Shown in pieces: positions 16,506 through 25,821 of a stretch of 44,160 bases of DNA. A model generated the notes under the pieces. The model did not search any database. It worked only from the letters and a program-made list of their open reading frames with translations, and was not told the DNA's origin. Origin of the DNA: Flavobacteriaceae bacterium. GTDB taxonomy: Bacteria > Bacteroidota > Bacteroidia > Flavobacteriales > Flavobacteriaceae. The position numbers were made by a program, and so were the translations under genes. The stretch is from assembly GCA_030834365.1 (NCBI GenBank), contig JAURFJ010000001.1, forward strand, positions 1 to 44,160. The letters are read 5' to 3'. The number at the start of each line of letters is the position of its first letter. Position 1 is the first letter of the stretch.

Positions 16506-17597
16506 CTAATCTTCAAAGTAGGAGAATTGATCTCCAGATTTAATTGCAAGTAGTGATTGGTAAATCAGTCGAATAACGTTGGCCACATCTTCTTTGTGAA
16601 CCGTTTCAACCGTTGTGTGCATGTAGCGCAAAGGCAGCGAGATTAGCGCTGAGGCCACCCCTCCATTGCTATAAGCAAAGGCATCTGTATCTGTTCCGGT
16701 GTAACGAGACGAGGCATGTCGCTGGAATGGTATCTTGTTGCTTTCTGCCGTTTCAATAATCAGGTCTCTTAGCTTATGTTGAATCGCAGGTGCATAAGAA
16801 ATTACCGGTCCGTCTCCCATTTTGGTTTCACCTTGCTCAATTTTGCTGATCATAGGTGTAGTAGTATCGTGAGTTACATCAGTAACTATAGCAACATTGG
16901 GTTTTAGACGCTGGGTAATCATTTCGGCTCCACGCAGCCCGATTTCTTCTTGAACAGAGTTGGTGATGTATAGTCCGAACGGAAGATTGACTTTATTTTC
17001 TTTTAGAAGTCTGCCCACTTGAGCAATCATAAATCCACCCGCTCGATTGTCTAGGGCCCTGCAAACAAAATGATTTTTATTGAGCACTTTGAAGTGGTCG
17101 GGGTAGGTGATCACGCATCCTACGTGAACCCCTAATTTTTCTACCTCTTTTTTGTCTTTTGCACCAATGTCGATAAAGATATTCTCCAATTTTGGAGTTT
17201 CTTCTTTGCCCGGTTTTCGGGTGTGGATTGCAGGCCATCCAAAAACGCCCTCCACGATTCCATTTTTGGTGTGAATGTTCACCCATTTCGAAGGGGCTAT
17301 TTGATGGTCGCTTCCACCGTTTCGAATGACATAAATGAGTCCGTTATCGGTAATGTAATTGACGTACCACGAGATTTCGTCTGAGTGGGCCTCAATAACC
17401 ACTTTATAGTCAGCCTCTGGATTAATTACCCCAACAGCTGTTCCATAAGTATCGGTTATAAAAGTGTCTACATAAGGTTTTAAATAATTCATCCATATTT
17501 TTTGACCCTGAGCTTCATACCCAGTTGGTGAGGCATTGTTCAGGTATTTTTCAAAAAATGTGAGTGCTTTTTTGTCAAGAATTTCTACGGTCTTCAT
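16506..17597 (-). CDS. M42-family metallo-aminopeptidase (FrvX/glutamyl aminopeptidase-like)
   Basis: 363 aa with metal-ligand style blocks EAHSDEI, RALDNRAG and VQEEIGLRGA. Confidence 0.85.
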   Translation of the reverse strand: MKTVEILDKKALTFFEKYLNNASPTGYEAQGQKIWMNYLKPYVDTFITDTYGTAVGVINPEADYKVVIEAHSDEISWYVNYITDNGLIYVIRNGGSDHQIAPSKWVNIHTKNGIVEGVFGWPAIHTRKPGKEETPKLENIFIDIGAKDKKEVEKLGVHVGCVITYPDHFKVLNKNHFVCRALDNRAGGFMIAQVGRLLKENKVNLPFGLYITNSVQEEIGLRGAEMITQRLKPNVAIVTDVTHDTTTPMISKIEQGETKMGDGPVISYAPAIQHKLRDLIIETAESNKIPFQRHASSRYTGTDTDAFAYSNGGVASALISLPLRYMHTTVETVHKEDVANVIRLIYQSLLAIKSGDQFSYFED

Positions 17598-17638
17598 GGT
17601 CCTATAATTTTGCTCTAATTTAGCGAATATCTTACGGT

Positions 17639-18325
17639 ATGAAATACGCGTTTACCTTCATTTTTCCTTTAAGTTTAGCTACTTTCTTCACTCTTAGCGC
17701 ACAAGAAACGATGCGTTATAAGTTGGAGAACGATAGTGTTTTTAGTGAAACAATTGAGTTGGATGAGGTCTATGTGCTTGGTCCGTTACGCTTTGAGGAT
17801 GAAGCCGAGCGCGTAGCTTACTTTAGACATCAATACCGTGTATTTAAGGTTTACCGCTATGCCCTTATGACTTCACATCGATTAGATAGCCTAAAAATGC
17901 GACTTGAAAAGATCTCATCTAAGCGTAAGCAACGGCTTTACACTAAGCAGGTCAAGGACTTTTTACAAGATGAGTTAACCGAAGAGCTTAAAAAACTCTC
18001 ACGGTCAGATGGGCGTGTGCTTATCTCTTTAATCGATCGTCAAACTGGAATTAGCGCGTTTGACCTGGTTAGAGATTACCGTAACGGTTTTACTGCATTC
18101 TGGTATCAGACTGCGGCTAAGTTGTACGATATGGATCTCAAGTCAACTTATAATCCCTATGAGAATCGATTGGACTATTGGACAGAAGATATACTGCAAC
18201 GCGCCTACCTTCGTGGATTATTGCGTTACGAAGAGGCATTCAGACCAATTGACCTCAAAAAAATGGAAGCTATTTGGTTGGACCTGAGGAAGCGTCAAAA
18301 AGAAACTGCATCATCAAGCGAATAG
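17639..18325 (+). CDS. Secreted DUF4294-like protein, function unknown
   Basis: 228 aa with signal peptide MKYAFTFIFPLSLATFFTLSAQ. The central block LSRSDGRVLISLIDRQTGISAFDLVRDYRNGFTAFWYQ resembles the Bacteroidota DUF4294 family (from memory). Confidence 0.5.
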   Translation: MKYAFTFIFPLSLATFFTLSAQETMRYKLENDSVFSETIELDEVYVLGPLRFEDEAERVAYFRHQYRVFKVYRYALMTSHRLDSLKMRLEKISSKRKQRLYTKQVKDFLQDELTEELKKLSRSDGRVLISLIDRQTGISAFDLVRDYRNGFTAFWYQTAAKLYDMDLKSTYNPYENRLDYWTEDILQRAYLRGLLRYEEAFRPIDLKKMEAIWLDLRKRQKETASSSE

Positions 18326-18500
18326 CTTTAAATCCGTAGAAAAGCGCCAAGAGCGACAGAAAACCACCAAAAAGGGCTACAGGCCAGAATAAGGGATGGC
18401 CTTCGTTTTTAAATGCACTACTTAAAACAAGTGGCCCTGAAGCCATGAATATCAAGGCGATTAGCCAATTTTTAATTCCTTTCCGCAGTTTTTCTCCCAT
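18270..18500 (-). CDS. Small two-TM membrane protein (DUF6095-like?) immediately downstream of icd
   Basis: 76 aa. Two clear hydrophobic helices (WLIALIFMASGPLVLSSAF and WPVALFGGFLSLLALFYGF) flank KNEGHPLF. It starts 12 nt after the icd stop. Its last 56 nt overlap the convergent DUF4294-like gene. Confidence 0.45.
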   Translation of the reverse strand: MGEKLRKGIKNWLIALIFMASGPLVLSSAFKNEGHPLFWPVALFGGFLSLLALFYGFKAIRLMMQFLFDASSGPTK

Positions 18501-18512
18501 ACCTCACTTGTG

Positions 18513-20732
18513 CTAAAATGAAGCGATTAGTTGATTCAATGTAGCGCTAGGTCTCATGGCTTGATTGGCTAATGCCGCATTTGGGGCGTAGTATCCACCA
18601 ATGTTGTGAGGTTTTCCTTGCGTTTGATTAATTTCGTCGAGTATCCGAGCACTTTGGTCGCTTAATGCCGCACTCAATTTAGAAAAGCGTTCCTTGTCGG
18701 ACGGGCTGAGTTCAGCACCGGCTAGGGCGTCGATCCAAAACTTAACCAAGTAGAAATGACTACCTCTTGTGTCTAATGAGCCTACAGATCGCTGAGGGCC
18801 AAGATTTTCGTTTAAGAGACGTTCTACGGCCTGGCCCAATGCGTTGGCATAGATCATCAGATCGTTATTCGCAGTTTTTTGAGCAATGAACTCTAAGGCC
18901 ACTTCAAGGGCCAAAAACTCTCCTAAAGAATCCCAGCGCAAATGTCCTTCTTCTAGAAATTGCTGCACGTGCTTTGGAGCAGAACCTCCGGCCCCCGTTT
19001 CAAACAAGCCTCCTCCATTCATTAAGGGAACGATTGAGAGCATTTTAGCAGAAGTGCCTACCTCGAGAATGGGAAAAAGATCGGTCAAATAGTCCCTTAG
19101 CACGTTTCCGGTCACTGATATAGTGTCTTTTCCAGCCTTTAGTCGTTTTAATGTTTCGTAGGTGGCCTCGGCTACAGGCAGTATGCGGATGTCGAGTTGG
19201 TCGGTGTCTTCCTCAGCTAGGTAAGCCGATACTTTTTTGATCAGCTCAGCATCATGAGCCCTATGCTCATCTAACCAAAAAATAGCGGGTGTCTGTGATA
19301 ATCTAGCGCGCTCTACCGCTAGTGATACCCAATTTTTAATGGCAGGATCTTTTACTTGACACATACGCCAAATGTCTCCAGCCTCAACCGATTTTTCTAT
19401 GAGCACTTCATGTGTTTCTTCATCGATAACAGCTACCGAACCCGCGAAGTCGATTTCAAAGGTTTTGTCGTGAGATCCGTATTCTTCTGCCTTTTGAGCC
19501 ATAAGCCCTACGTTAGGAACCGTTCCCATTGTAGCAGGATCAAATGCTCCGAATTGCTTACAGAAATCAATAGTGGTCTGATAAACTGATGCATAAGAGC
19601 TGTCAGGTATGATAGCCAGGGTATCCCTAAGCACGCCAGTAGAATCGTGCATTTTTCCAGAATTTCGGATCATAGCTGGCATGGATGCATCTATAATCAC
19701 GTCGCTTGGAACGTGTAGATTGGTAATTCCTTTATCTGAATTTACCATTGCCCATTCTGCGGATTCGGTTAGTCGATCCAGAATGGCCGAGCGCAGTTTT
19801 AATGCACCATTTGATCCACTGGCTTCTAAACTGTTCAAAACACTTTGCAGCCCTTCGTTTAGATTAATATTAACTTCCTGTATAACAGTAGAATGAGCTG
19901 TAAAAAGGTCTTTGAAATAGGCAGACAGCGCATGACCAAAAATGATGGGGTCTGAAACCTTCATCATTGTGGCCTTGAGGTGTAGTGAAAGCAATAGGTT
20001 ATCGCTTTTAGCTTCCGAATAGGCGGTGTTAAAAAAAGTTTGAAGTGCTTGTTTTTGCATCACACTCACATCAATAATTTCCTTTTCGGCGAGCATCAAA
20101 GACGATTTCAGTACAACCCTTCTTTGATCTTTGGTCTGTAATACAATTGACACATTACGGTTGCGATCAACGGTCAACGACTGTTCAGTATGATTAAAGT
20201 CTCCCGAATCCATTGTCTTCACGCGAGTAGCACTAGATGGACTCCACGGGCCCATGCTGTGCGGATTATTGCGCGCGAAATTTTTAACCGCTTTAGGTGC
20301 TCTACGATCGGAGTTCCCCTCTCTAAGTACGGGATTGACAGCACTTCCTTTAATTTTATCGTAGCGTAACTTGATCTCCTTTTCACCGTCGTTAGCAGGG
20401 TTATCCGGATAATCGGGAACAGCAATTCCCTTTTCTTGTAATTCTTTAATAGCCGCCTTTAGCTGTGCCATTGAGGCACTGATGTTTGGGAGTTTTATGA
20501 TAGTGGTTCCCTCTAGCTTGGCAAGTTCACCCAACTGAGCTAATGCATCTTCGGTTTTATATTCCTGGGGCAACCGATCTGAAAAGGCAGCGAGAATTCT
20601 GCTGGAGAGCGAGATGTCTTTAAGCCTGAACTTTACACCAACACCCTCTGTAATTTTTTTGATTAGCGGAAGAAAAGAATTGGTGGCCAGTGCTGGGGCC
20701 TCATCGGTCATTGTATAATAGATCGTATTCAT
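18513..20732 (-). CDS. icd: NADP-dependent isocitrate dehydrogenase, monomeric type
   Basis: 739 aa from ATG 20732 ([17 protein letters not shown]...), the size and N-terminus expected of monomeric IDH. The track ORF extends to 20846, but that extension runs through the rplS terminator hairpin. Confidence 0.92.
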   Translation of the reverse strand: MNTIYYTMTDEAPALATNSFLPLIKKITEGVGVKFRLKDISLSSRILAAFSDRLPQEYKTEDALAQLGELAKLEGTTIIKLPNISASMAQLKAAIKELQEKGIAVPDYPDNPANDGEKEIKLRYDKIKGSAVNPVLREGNSDRRAPKAVKNFARNNPHSMGPWSPSSATRVKTMDSGDFNHTEQSLTVDRNRNVSIVLQTKDQRRVVLKSSLMLAEKEIIDVSVMQKQALQTFFNTAYSEAKSDNLLLSLHLKATMMKVSDPIIFGHALSAYFKDLFTAHSTVIQEVNINLNEGLQSVLNSLEASGSNGALKLRSAILDRLTESAEWAMVNSDKGITNLHVPSDVIIDASMPAMIRNSGKMHDSTGVLRDTLAIIPDSSYASVYQTTIDFCKQFGAFDPATMGTVPNVGLMAQKAEEYGSHDKTFEIDFAGSVAVIDEETHEVLIEKSVEAGDIWRMCQVKDPAIKNWVSLAVERARLSQTPAIFWLDEHRAHDAELIKKVSAYLAEEDTDQLDIRILPVAEATYETLKRLKAGKDTISVTGNVLRDYLTDLFPILEVGTSAKMLSIVPLMNGGGLFETGAGGSAPKHVQQFLEEGHLRWDSLGEFLALEVALEFIAQKTANNDLMIYANALGQAVERLLNENLGPQRSVGSLDTRGSHFYLVKFWIDALAGAELSPSDKERFSKLSAALSDQSARILDEINQTQGKPHNIGGYYAPNAALANQAMRPSATLNQLIASF

Positions 20733-20793
20733 ATGCACGAAGTAGATTTTGTTTTTTACTGTTTGGGTCTGAAAACGGCGTAAATATAGGTCA

Positions 20794-20829
20794 CAAAAAA
20801 TGCCGTGAAGCGAAACTTGACACGGCATT
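20794..20829 (-). terminator. Rho-independent terminator after rplS
   Basis: Minus strand: ATGCCGTG (20828-20821), a 13-nt loop, CACGGCAT (20807-20800), then a T-run (A-run 20795-20799 on the plus strand). It lies 27 nt downstream of the rplS stop. Confidence 0.75.
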
Positions 20830-20855
20830 ACGATGTTTGCAAGCAAAGAGCCTTT

Positions 20856-21206
20856 TTAGTTTCTTTCTTCTTTAATTCTGGCCTTTTTACCTGTTAAATT
20901 TCTAAAGTAGAAAATACGTGAGCGACGTACTTTCCCTCGTTTATTGATTTCTATTTTCTGAAGTGCTGGCATATTGATTGGAAATACCCTTTCAACCCCC
21001 ACTGTTCCAGACATTTTTCGAATGGTAAAGGTCTCAGTTATACCACTTCCACGTCTTTGAATGACTACGCCTTTGAAGAACTGAGTTCTGGTCTTTTCTC
21101 CTTCTTTGATCTCGTAATAAACAGTGATGGTATCTCCAGCACTGAAATCAGGGAAATCTTTCTTTTCTACAAACTTGTTCTCTACGTATTGTACTAAATT
21201 CTCCAT
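20856..21206 (-). CDS. rplS: 50S ribosomal protein L19
   Basis: 116 aa. FSAGDTITVYYEIKEGEKTRTQFFKGVVIQRRGSG is typical of L19, and the gene follows trmD as in the conserved operon. A TACTTTTG -7 box lies at 21240-21233 on the minus strand. Confidence 0.95.
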   Translation of the reverse strand: MENLVQYVENKFVEKKDFPDFSAGDTITVYYEIKEGEKTRTQFFKGVVIQRRGSGITETFTIRKMSGTVGVERVFPINMPALQKIEINKRGKVRRSRIFYFRNLTGKKARIKEERN

Positions 21207-21281
21207 GACGGAACTTCTTTAAAAACTGACGGCAAAAGTAATACTTTATTTTGGTTTATACTAGTGTATTTAACGGCAATT

Positions 21282-21959
21282 TCAGTCTTTTAGCAGGTCA
21301 GGTCTTCGCGATTCGGTGCGTTTTAGAGCTTCACTTTCGCGCCACTCTTCTATAGCACTAAAATTACCACTAAGCAGCACCTCAGGCACCTTCATTCCTT
21401 TGAATTCAGCAGGCCTTGTGTACACAGGAGGTGCTAAAAGATTGTCTTGAAAGGAATCGCTAAGCGCAGATCCGGCATCGTTCAGTACCCCTGGAAGTAG
21501 CCGTATAATGCTATCTGCGAGCACAGCTGCTGCGAGTTCTCCGCCTGAAAGTACATAATCTCCGATAGACACCTCGTGAGTGACCCACAAGTCTCTGATG
21601 CGTTGATCGATGCCTTTATAGTGTCCGCAGATAAGTATTAGCCGCTTACTGAGTGACATTGAATTAGCTGTAGACTGCTTCCAACTTTCGCCATCAGGGG
21701 TGAGGTAAACAATGGCATCTGCAGGCTGATCTGAAGTGAGCTTCTCTAGAAGCTTATTCAGTGGTTCCGCCATCATGACCATGCCAGCCCCTCCGCCAAA
21801 CTGATAGTCGTCTACCTGCCGGTAATTGCCTATGCCGTATTCCCTTAGATCGTGAATACTAATAGTCACTAGCCCCTTATCAATAGCACGCATTAAAATA
21901 GAGTGCCTAAAAGGGCTTTCAAGCAATTCGGGGACTACCGAAACAATATCAATATGCAA
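21282..21959 (-). CDS. trmD: tRNA (guanine37-N1)-methyltransferase
   Basis: 225 aa. MHIDIVSVVPELLESPF start, the YVLSGGELAAAVLADSIIRLLPGVL SPOUT knot region, and its position upstream of rplS. Confidence 0.93.
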   Translation of the reverse strand: MHIDIVSVVPELLESPFRHSILMRAIDKGLVTISIHDLREYGIGNYRQVDDYQFGGGAGMVMMAEPLNKLLEKLTSDQPADAIVYLTPDGESWKQSTANSMSLSKRLILICGHYKGIDQRIRDLWVTHEVSIGDYVLSGGELAAAVLADSIIRLLPGVLNDAGSALSDSFQDNLLAPPVYTRPAEFKGMKVPEVLLSGNFSAIEEWRESEALKRTESRRPDLLKD

Positions 21960-21983
21960 CCTCAGCGAATTTAGACGTCAAAT

Positions 21984-23357
21984 CTAATTAAATATCAGGG
22001 TTTCTTTTTCACCATTCTTATTTAGAATGGTTATCGCTCTTCTTGAAGCCCTTCCTGACTCAGCTAATTGCGATGCATCTTCAATAGATTTAACCGGTTT
22101 TCCATCGATGGCGATGATGATTTTGTTTTCAAGTTCATATGAACGGTAGTATTCGGCGACGGCAATAATTCTTACTCCTCCATCAATCGAGAGCGCTTTT
22201 TTCTCTTCTGTAGAGAGGTTTTCTACCCGCATTCCTAGGTACGGAAGGTCGATGATTTCGTTCTTACTAAGTACTACCTCTTTATCGATCAATTCCCCGT
22301 CGCGTTCAATGACTACAAAGACCGTGTCTCCTGGCCTTCTCGATGAAAGGTGGCCGGTGAGGCCGGTGAAATTTTTGATTGAAACTCCATCTACCGATCG
22401 AATGATATCTCCTTCTTTGAGTCCAGCTTGATCGGCGCCTGAATTTTTTGCTACGCCAGCTACGTAAACTCCTTCAATTTGATCTAAACCTTGATCTATG
22501 GCCTCCTTCGAACTAGATCTAAGCGTAGTAATTCCTAAAATACCCTTTTGAACAGCTCCAAATTCAAGCAAATCTTCTACCACTTTTTTTGCTATGTTAC
22601 TGGGCACCGCGAATGAATACCCAACATAAGATCCTGTTCGCGACTTAATGGCTGTGTTGATACCTATGAGGTCACCTCGGGTATTGACTAGTGCCCCGCC
22701 GCTATTACCAGGGTTAACGGCTGCATCAGTCTGTATGAATGACATGTTGTTCATTGGAGAAATTGATCGCGCCTTTGCGCTAATGATTCCTGCTGTGACC
22801 GTTGAGGTTAAATTGAAAGGGTTGCCAACGGCTAATACCCATTCTCCGATAGCCGAGCGATCAGAGTCTCCAAAGGCCAAATACGGCAACTCTTTGTTCG
22901 ATTCAATCTTCAACAAAGCAATGTCTGAAGAGGCATCAGATCCAATAACCTGAGCCTTAAAGGTTTGATTATTATTTAACGTTACTTCTAGTGATTGGGC
23001 CTCATCAATAACGTGGTGATTGGTGACAATGTAGCCATCAGGTGAAATGATCACACCTGATCCTGTTCCAATTTGGGGCTGCTGAAAGGATTCGTACCCG
23101 TAGAAAAAGTCAAAAAGTGATTGAGGGGAGCGCTCCAGTGAAACGTTCTTTACGTGAACTACAGCATTTACGGTCTTTTCAGCGGCTTCTACAAAATTTG
23201 AATTCGCCGAATCAAAGGCTACGGCTGTTCGAAAAGTGGGCGCTTCATCGCGTGCCACAAAAACCGTTTGAGGGTTACTGAATAAAAAGTGCTGCGCTAA
23301 TAGGGCGATAAGCGCGGCACTTACTCCAACAAATAGATAACTAAGTGATTTTCTCAT
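21984..23357 (-). CDS. HtrA/DegP/DegQ-family periplasmic serine endoprotease with two PDZ domains
   Basis: 457 aa. N-terminal anchor/signal; catalytic triad contexts TNHHVI (His), DIALLKI (Asp) and GNSGGAL (Ser); two PDZ-like segments in the C-terminal half. Confidence 0.92.
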   Translation of the reverse strand: MRKSLSYLFVGVSAALIALLAQHFLFSNPQTVFVARDEAPTFRTAVAFDSANSNFVEAAEKTVNAVVHVKNVSLERSPQSLFDFFYGYESFQQPQIGTGSGVIISPDGYIVTNHHVIDEAQSLEVTLNNNQTFKAQVIGSDASSDIALLKIESNKELPYLAFGDSDRSAIGEWVLAVGNPFNLTSTVTAGIISAKARSISPMNNMSFIQTDAAVNPGNSGGALVNTRGDLIGINTAIKSRTGSYVGYSFAVPSNIAKKVVEDLLEFGAVQKGILGITTLRSSSKEAIDQGLDQIEGVYVAGVAKNSGADQAGLKEGDIIRSVDGVSIKNFTGLTGHLSSRRPGDTVFVVIERDGELIDKEVVLSKNEIIDLPYLGMRVENLSTEEKKALSIDGGVRIIAVAEYYRSYELENKIIIAIDGKPVKSIEDASQLAESGRASRRAITILNKNGEKETLIFN

Positions 23358-23374
23358 AACGCATATAATTTTTT

Positions 23375-23405
23375 CAAATTTCAGATTCTTTTTAAAGTTA
23401 CAAAA
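23375..23405 (-). promoter_or_regulatory. Candidate htrA promoter (TTTTG-N18-GAAATTTG, imperfect -7 box)
   Basis: Minus strand: TTTTG at 23405-23401, an 18-nt spacer, then GAAATTTG at 23382-23375 (one mismatch to TAnnTTTG). The ATG follows 17 nt later at 23357. Confidence 0.3.
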
Positions 23406-23409
23406 CCGC

Positions 23410-23429
23410 TTTAACGCTCATTTAACGCT
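23410..23429. repeat. Tandem direct repeat TTTAACGCT-ca-TTTAACGCT (11-bp phase) in the htrA/dapF divergent region
   Basis: Exact 9-mers at 23410-23418 and 23421-23429. On the htrA strand this reads AGCGTTAAA-tg-AGCGTTAAA, ending 4 nt upstream of the candidate -33 element. Confidence 0.6.
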
Positions 23430-23466
23430 TATGTTGGCGGATCAAAATCGATTATATTGCAGGTCG

Positions 23467-24264
23467 ATGAAAAGTACATTGAGTTTTTATAAGTATCACG
23501 GGGCGGGAAATGATTTTATCATTTTAGACGCAGCAGACCTTAAGGGTCAGTCTTTAAGCTCAAAACGGGTGGCTGAGTGGTGCAAGCGACGCTACGGAGT
23601 AGGGGCAGACGGCTTAATGGTTTTCACCGCCGTAAAAAACGAAGAAATCGACTTTGAAATGCAGTACTACAATGCCGATGGTTCTTCGGGCATGATGTGC
23701 GGTAATGGCGGTAGGTGCATTGCGCTTTACGCCCATGAAGTCAAAGGAGTGTCCAAGACGATGAGATTTTCGCTGAAAACGGATGTTTTTCAAGCCGAAA
23801 TACTCGAAGGTCGCACTGTAGCACTGGGCCTGCAATCGGTTTCCTATGTCGAGGTCAATGGGGATAATACATGTTTTTGCGACACCGGATCACCGCACCA
23901 CATTGAATGGGTTTCGGAACCGCTAAATGAAGTGGCCGTTTTTAGCCGCGGTCAAGTACTCCGAAATAGGTACCACCCAGATGGATGTAATGTGAATTTC
24001 GTAGATGTGCGCTCCAAAGACCAGCTCGCCATTCGAACCTATGAGCGGGGGGTAGAAGATGAGACTCATGCCTGTGGCACAGGAGTCGCTGCAGCGGCGA
24101 TCAGCGCCCATAGGATGGCCAAGGTTGAAGGTAATTCGATTAAGGTGTCAGCCATTGGAGGGGAGCTAGAAGTTCAATTTCAAGAAAACGATGGGATTTA
24201 TAGCCAGGTCACGTTAATCGGACCGGCCCAAGCTGTTTTTGAAGGTACCCTTTTATGGCCATGA
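23467..24264 (+). CDS. dapF: Diaminopimelate epimerase
   Basis: 265 aa from ATG 23467 (MKSTLSFYKYHGAGNDFIILD). Two active-site Cys blocks, MCGNGGRC and HACGTG. The track ORF's 12 extra N-terminal codons are probably not translated. Confidence 0.92.
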   Translation: MKSTLSFYKYHGAGNDFIILDAADLKGQSLSSKRVAEWCKRRYGVGADGLMVFTAVKNEEIDFEMQYYNADGSSGMMCGNGGRCIALYAHEVKGVSKTMRFSLKTDVFQAEILEGRTVALGLQSVSYVEVNGDNTCFCDTGSPHHIEWVSEPLNEVAVFSRGQVLRNRYHPDGCNVNFVDVRSKDQLAIRTYERGVEDETHACGTGVAAAAISAHRMAKVEGNSIKVSAIGGELEVQFQENDGIYSQVTLIGPAQAVFEGTLLWP

Positions 24265-24779
24265 CATTTTCGCTCCAAGACAAGGAATTATCGCTACGCG
24301 CTCTAGAGCCCTCCGATCTTCATTGGCTTTATGCCGTTGAGAATGAGACTGCACTTTGGCAGGTGTCAGATACGCTGACCCCTTTTTCTTCAGCGCTTTT
24401 AGCCCGTTACATAGAAAATGCACAACGCGACATCTACAGCGAAAAACAACTTCGGTTGGTCATACAACTGCCTACAGAGCCTATAGGGCTTATCGATTTG
24501 TTTGAATTTAGCCCAAAACACCACAGGGCAATGGTAGGCATTGTTGTCTTGCCCGATTACCGTCAAAAAGGATACGCCAAAAGAGCGTTAACCCTTTTAG
24601 CTGCATATGCCAAAAATGGATTAGATTGTCATCAATTAGCGGCTTCTATCACTGCCGATAATACAGAAAGTAGACGATTATTTGAGTCTGTAGGCTTCAA
24701 ACTGTCAGGGGTTAGGTCAGACTGGGTCTTTCGCAATACGAATTATGAAGACGAGTATTTTTACCAAATGATGTTATGA
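24255..24779 (+). CDS. GNAT-family N-acetyltransferase (RimJ/RimL-like)
   Basis: 174 aa with acetyl-CoA binding style block VVLPDYRQKGYAKRAL. An alternative start at ATG 24261 would form an ATGA overlap with the dapF stop. Confidence 0.8.
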   Translation: MAMTFSLQDKELSLRALEPSDLHWLYAVENETALWQVSDTLTPFSSALLARYIENAQRDIYSEKQLRLVIQLPTEPIGLIDLFEFSPKHHRAMVGIVVLPDYRQKGYAKRALTLLAAYAKNGLDCHQLAASITADNTESRRLFESVGFKLSGVRSDWVFRNTNYEDEYFYQMML

Positions 24780-24780
24780 T

Positions 24781-25821
24781 ATGCTTAAGCGCATAGTTTC
24801 CTTAGCGGCAGTTTTAGGCCTGTTTTTCTTAGCTGTTTTGGGCTACCTCAGTTATAGAGTAATACTAGCTGGCAACACCAATTTTGAGCAGAACGAACGA
24901 GTTGTTTACGTAGAAAGCGACGCAACAATTGCTCAAGTACTGGAAGAGTTGTTGCCGCTACTAAAGAATCCCAATGACTTTGTGACGCTTGCTAAACGAA
25001 AAGGATATTACAACCGCGTACGTCCGGGCCGATTTGTTTTGGAGAGGGGCATGAATAACAATGACATCATCAATGTGCTGCGATCAGAGAACCGCCCGGT
25101 GCAGGTAGTTATTCCTGCCAAAGAGCGACTAGAAGAGGTGCTGGGATACGTCAGTCACTTTATTGAAGCAGACAGCATAGCGCTTATAGAAGCCTTTTAC
25201 GAACGTGATTTTTTGTTTCAAACCAAGCTAAATAAGCATACCGCTCTTACATTAATTATTCCAAACACCTACGAGTTTTACTGGAACACCTCAGCAAGTC
25301 AATTTCGATCGCGAATGTTAAAGGAGCACTCCAGTTTTTGGGACGATGAACGCTTACAGCGGGCACATGATAGTAAACTCTCTCCGGCCGAAGTGTATAC
25401 ATTGGCTTCTATTGTTTATAGAGAATCGGTGAAAAGAGAAGAGTCACGGCGCATTGCCGGAGTATACCTGAATCGATTGAAGCGCAAAATGAAGCTTCAA
25501 GCAGATCCGACAGTCATCTACGCCCTAAAGGAGCGCTTCGCCAATTTTGACACTGTTATACGACGCGTTTTGTACAAAGATTTACGTTTAGATTCACCTT
25601 ACAATACGTATCAAAATTACGGACTACCTGCAGGGCCTATTTTTATGCCTGAAATTGATTATATCGATGCTGTTCTAAGTGCAGAGAAGCACGACTTTCT
25701 CTATTTTGTTGCCGACAGCACCAAAATTGGATACCATCATTTTTCTAAAAATCTTTCTGAACACAACGAAAAGGCCAAGGCTTATGCTTCATGGCTAAAT
25801 AGTCGTCAAATTAAGCGGTGA
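24781..25821 (+). CDS. mltG: Endolytic murein transglycosylase MltG (YceG-like)
   Basis: 346 aa. N-terminal TM, LASIVYRES (catalytic Glu region), QADPTVIYA and SPYNTYQNYGLPAGPI blocks. Confidence 0.9.
   Translation: MLKRIVSLAAVLGLFFLAVLGYLSYRVILAGNTNFEQNERVVYVESDATIAQVLEELLPLLKNPNDFVTLAKRKGYYNRVRPGRFVLERGMNNNDIINVLRSENRPVQVVIPAKERLEEVLGYVSHFIEADSIALIEAFYERDFLFQTKLNKHTALTLIIPNTYEFYWNTSASQFRSRMLKEHSSFWDDERLQRAHDSKLSPAEVYTLASIVYRESVKREESRRIAGVYLNRLKRKMKLQADPTVIYALKERFANFDTVIRRVLYKDLRLDSPYNTYQNYGLPAGPIFMPEIDYIDAVLSAEKHDFLYFVADSTKIGYHHFSKNLSEHNEKAKAYASWLNSRQIKR

Noticed and set aside
20366-20390. GTAAC-N16-CGTC match on the plus strand inside icd.
   Set aside because: It reads CGTAAC rather than TGTAAC, lacks the AGGGGTTT spacer core, and is antisense within a housekeeping gene with no downstream plus-strand ORF. 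With 9 fixed positions, about 0.3 chance hits per window are expected.
20733-20846. A 38-codon N-terminal extension of the icd ORF (MLANIVMPCQ...) in the supplied track.
   Set aside because: The extension is translated through the rplS terminator hairpin and T-tract (20794-20829). Monomeric IDH proteins begin like [17 protein letters not shown], so ATG 20732 gives the expected ~740-aa product.
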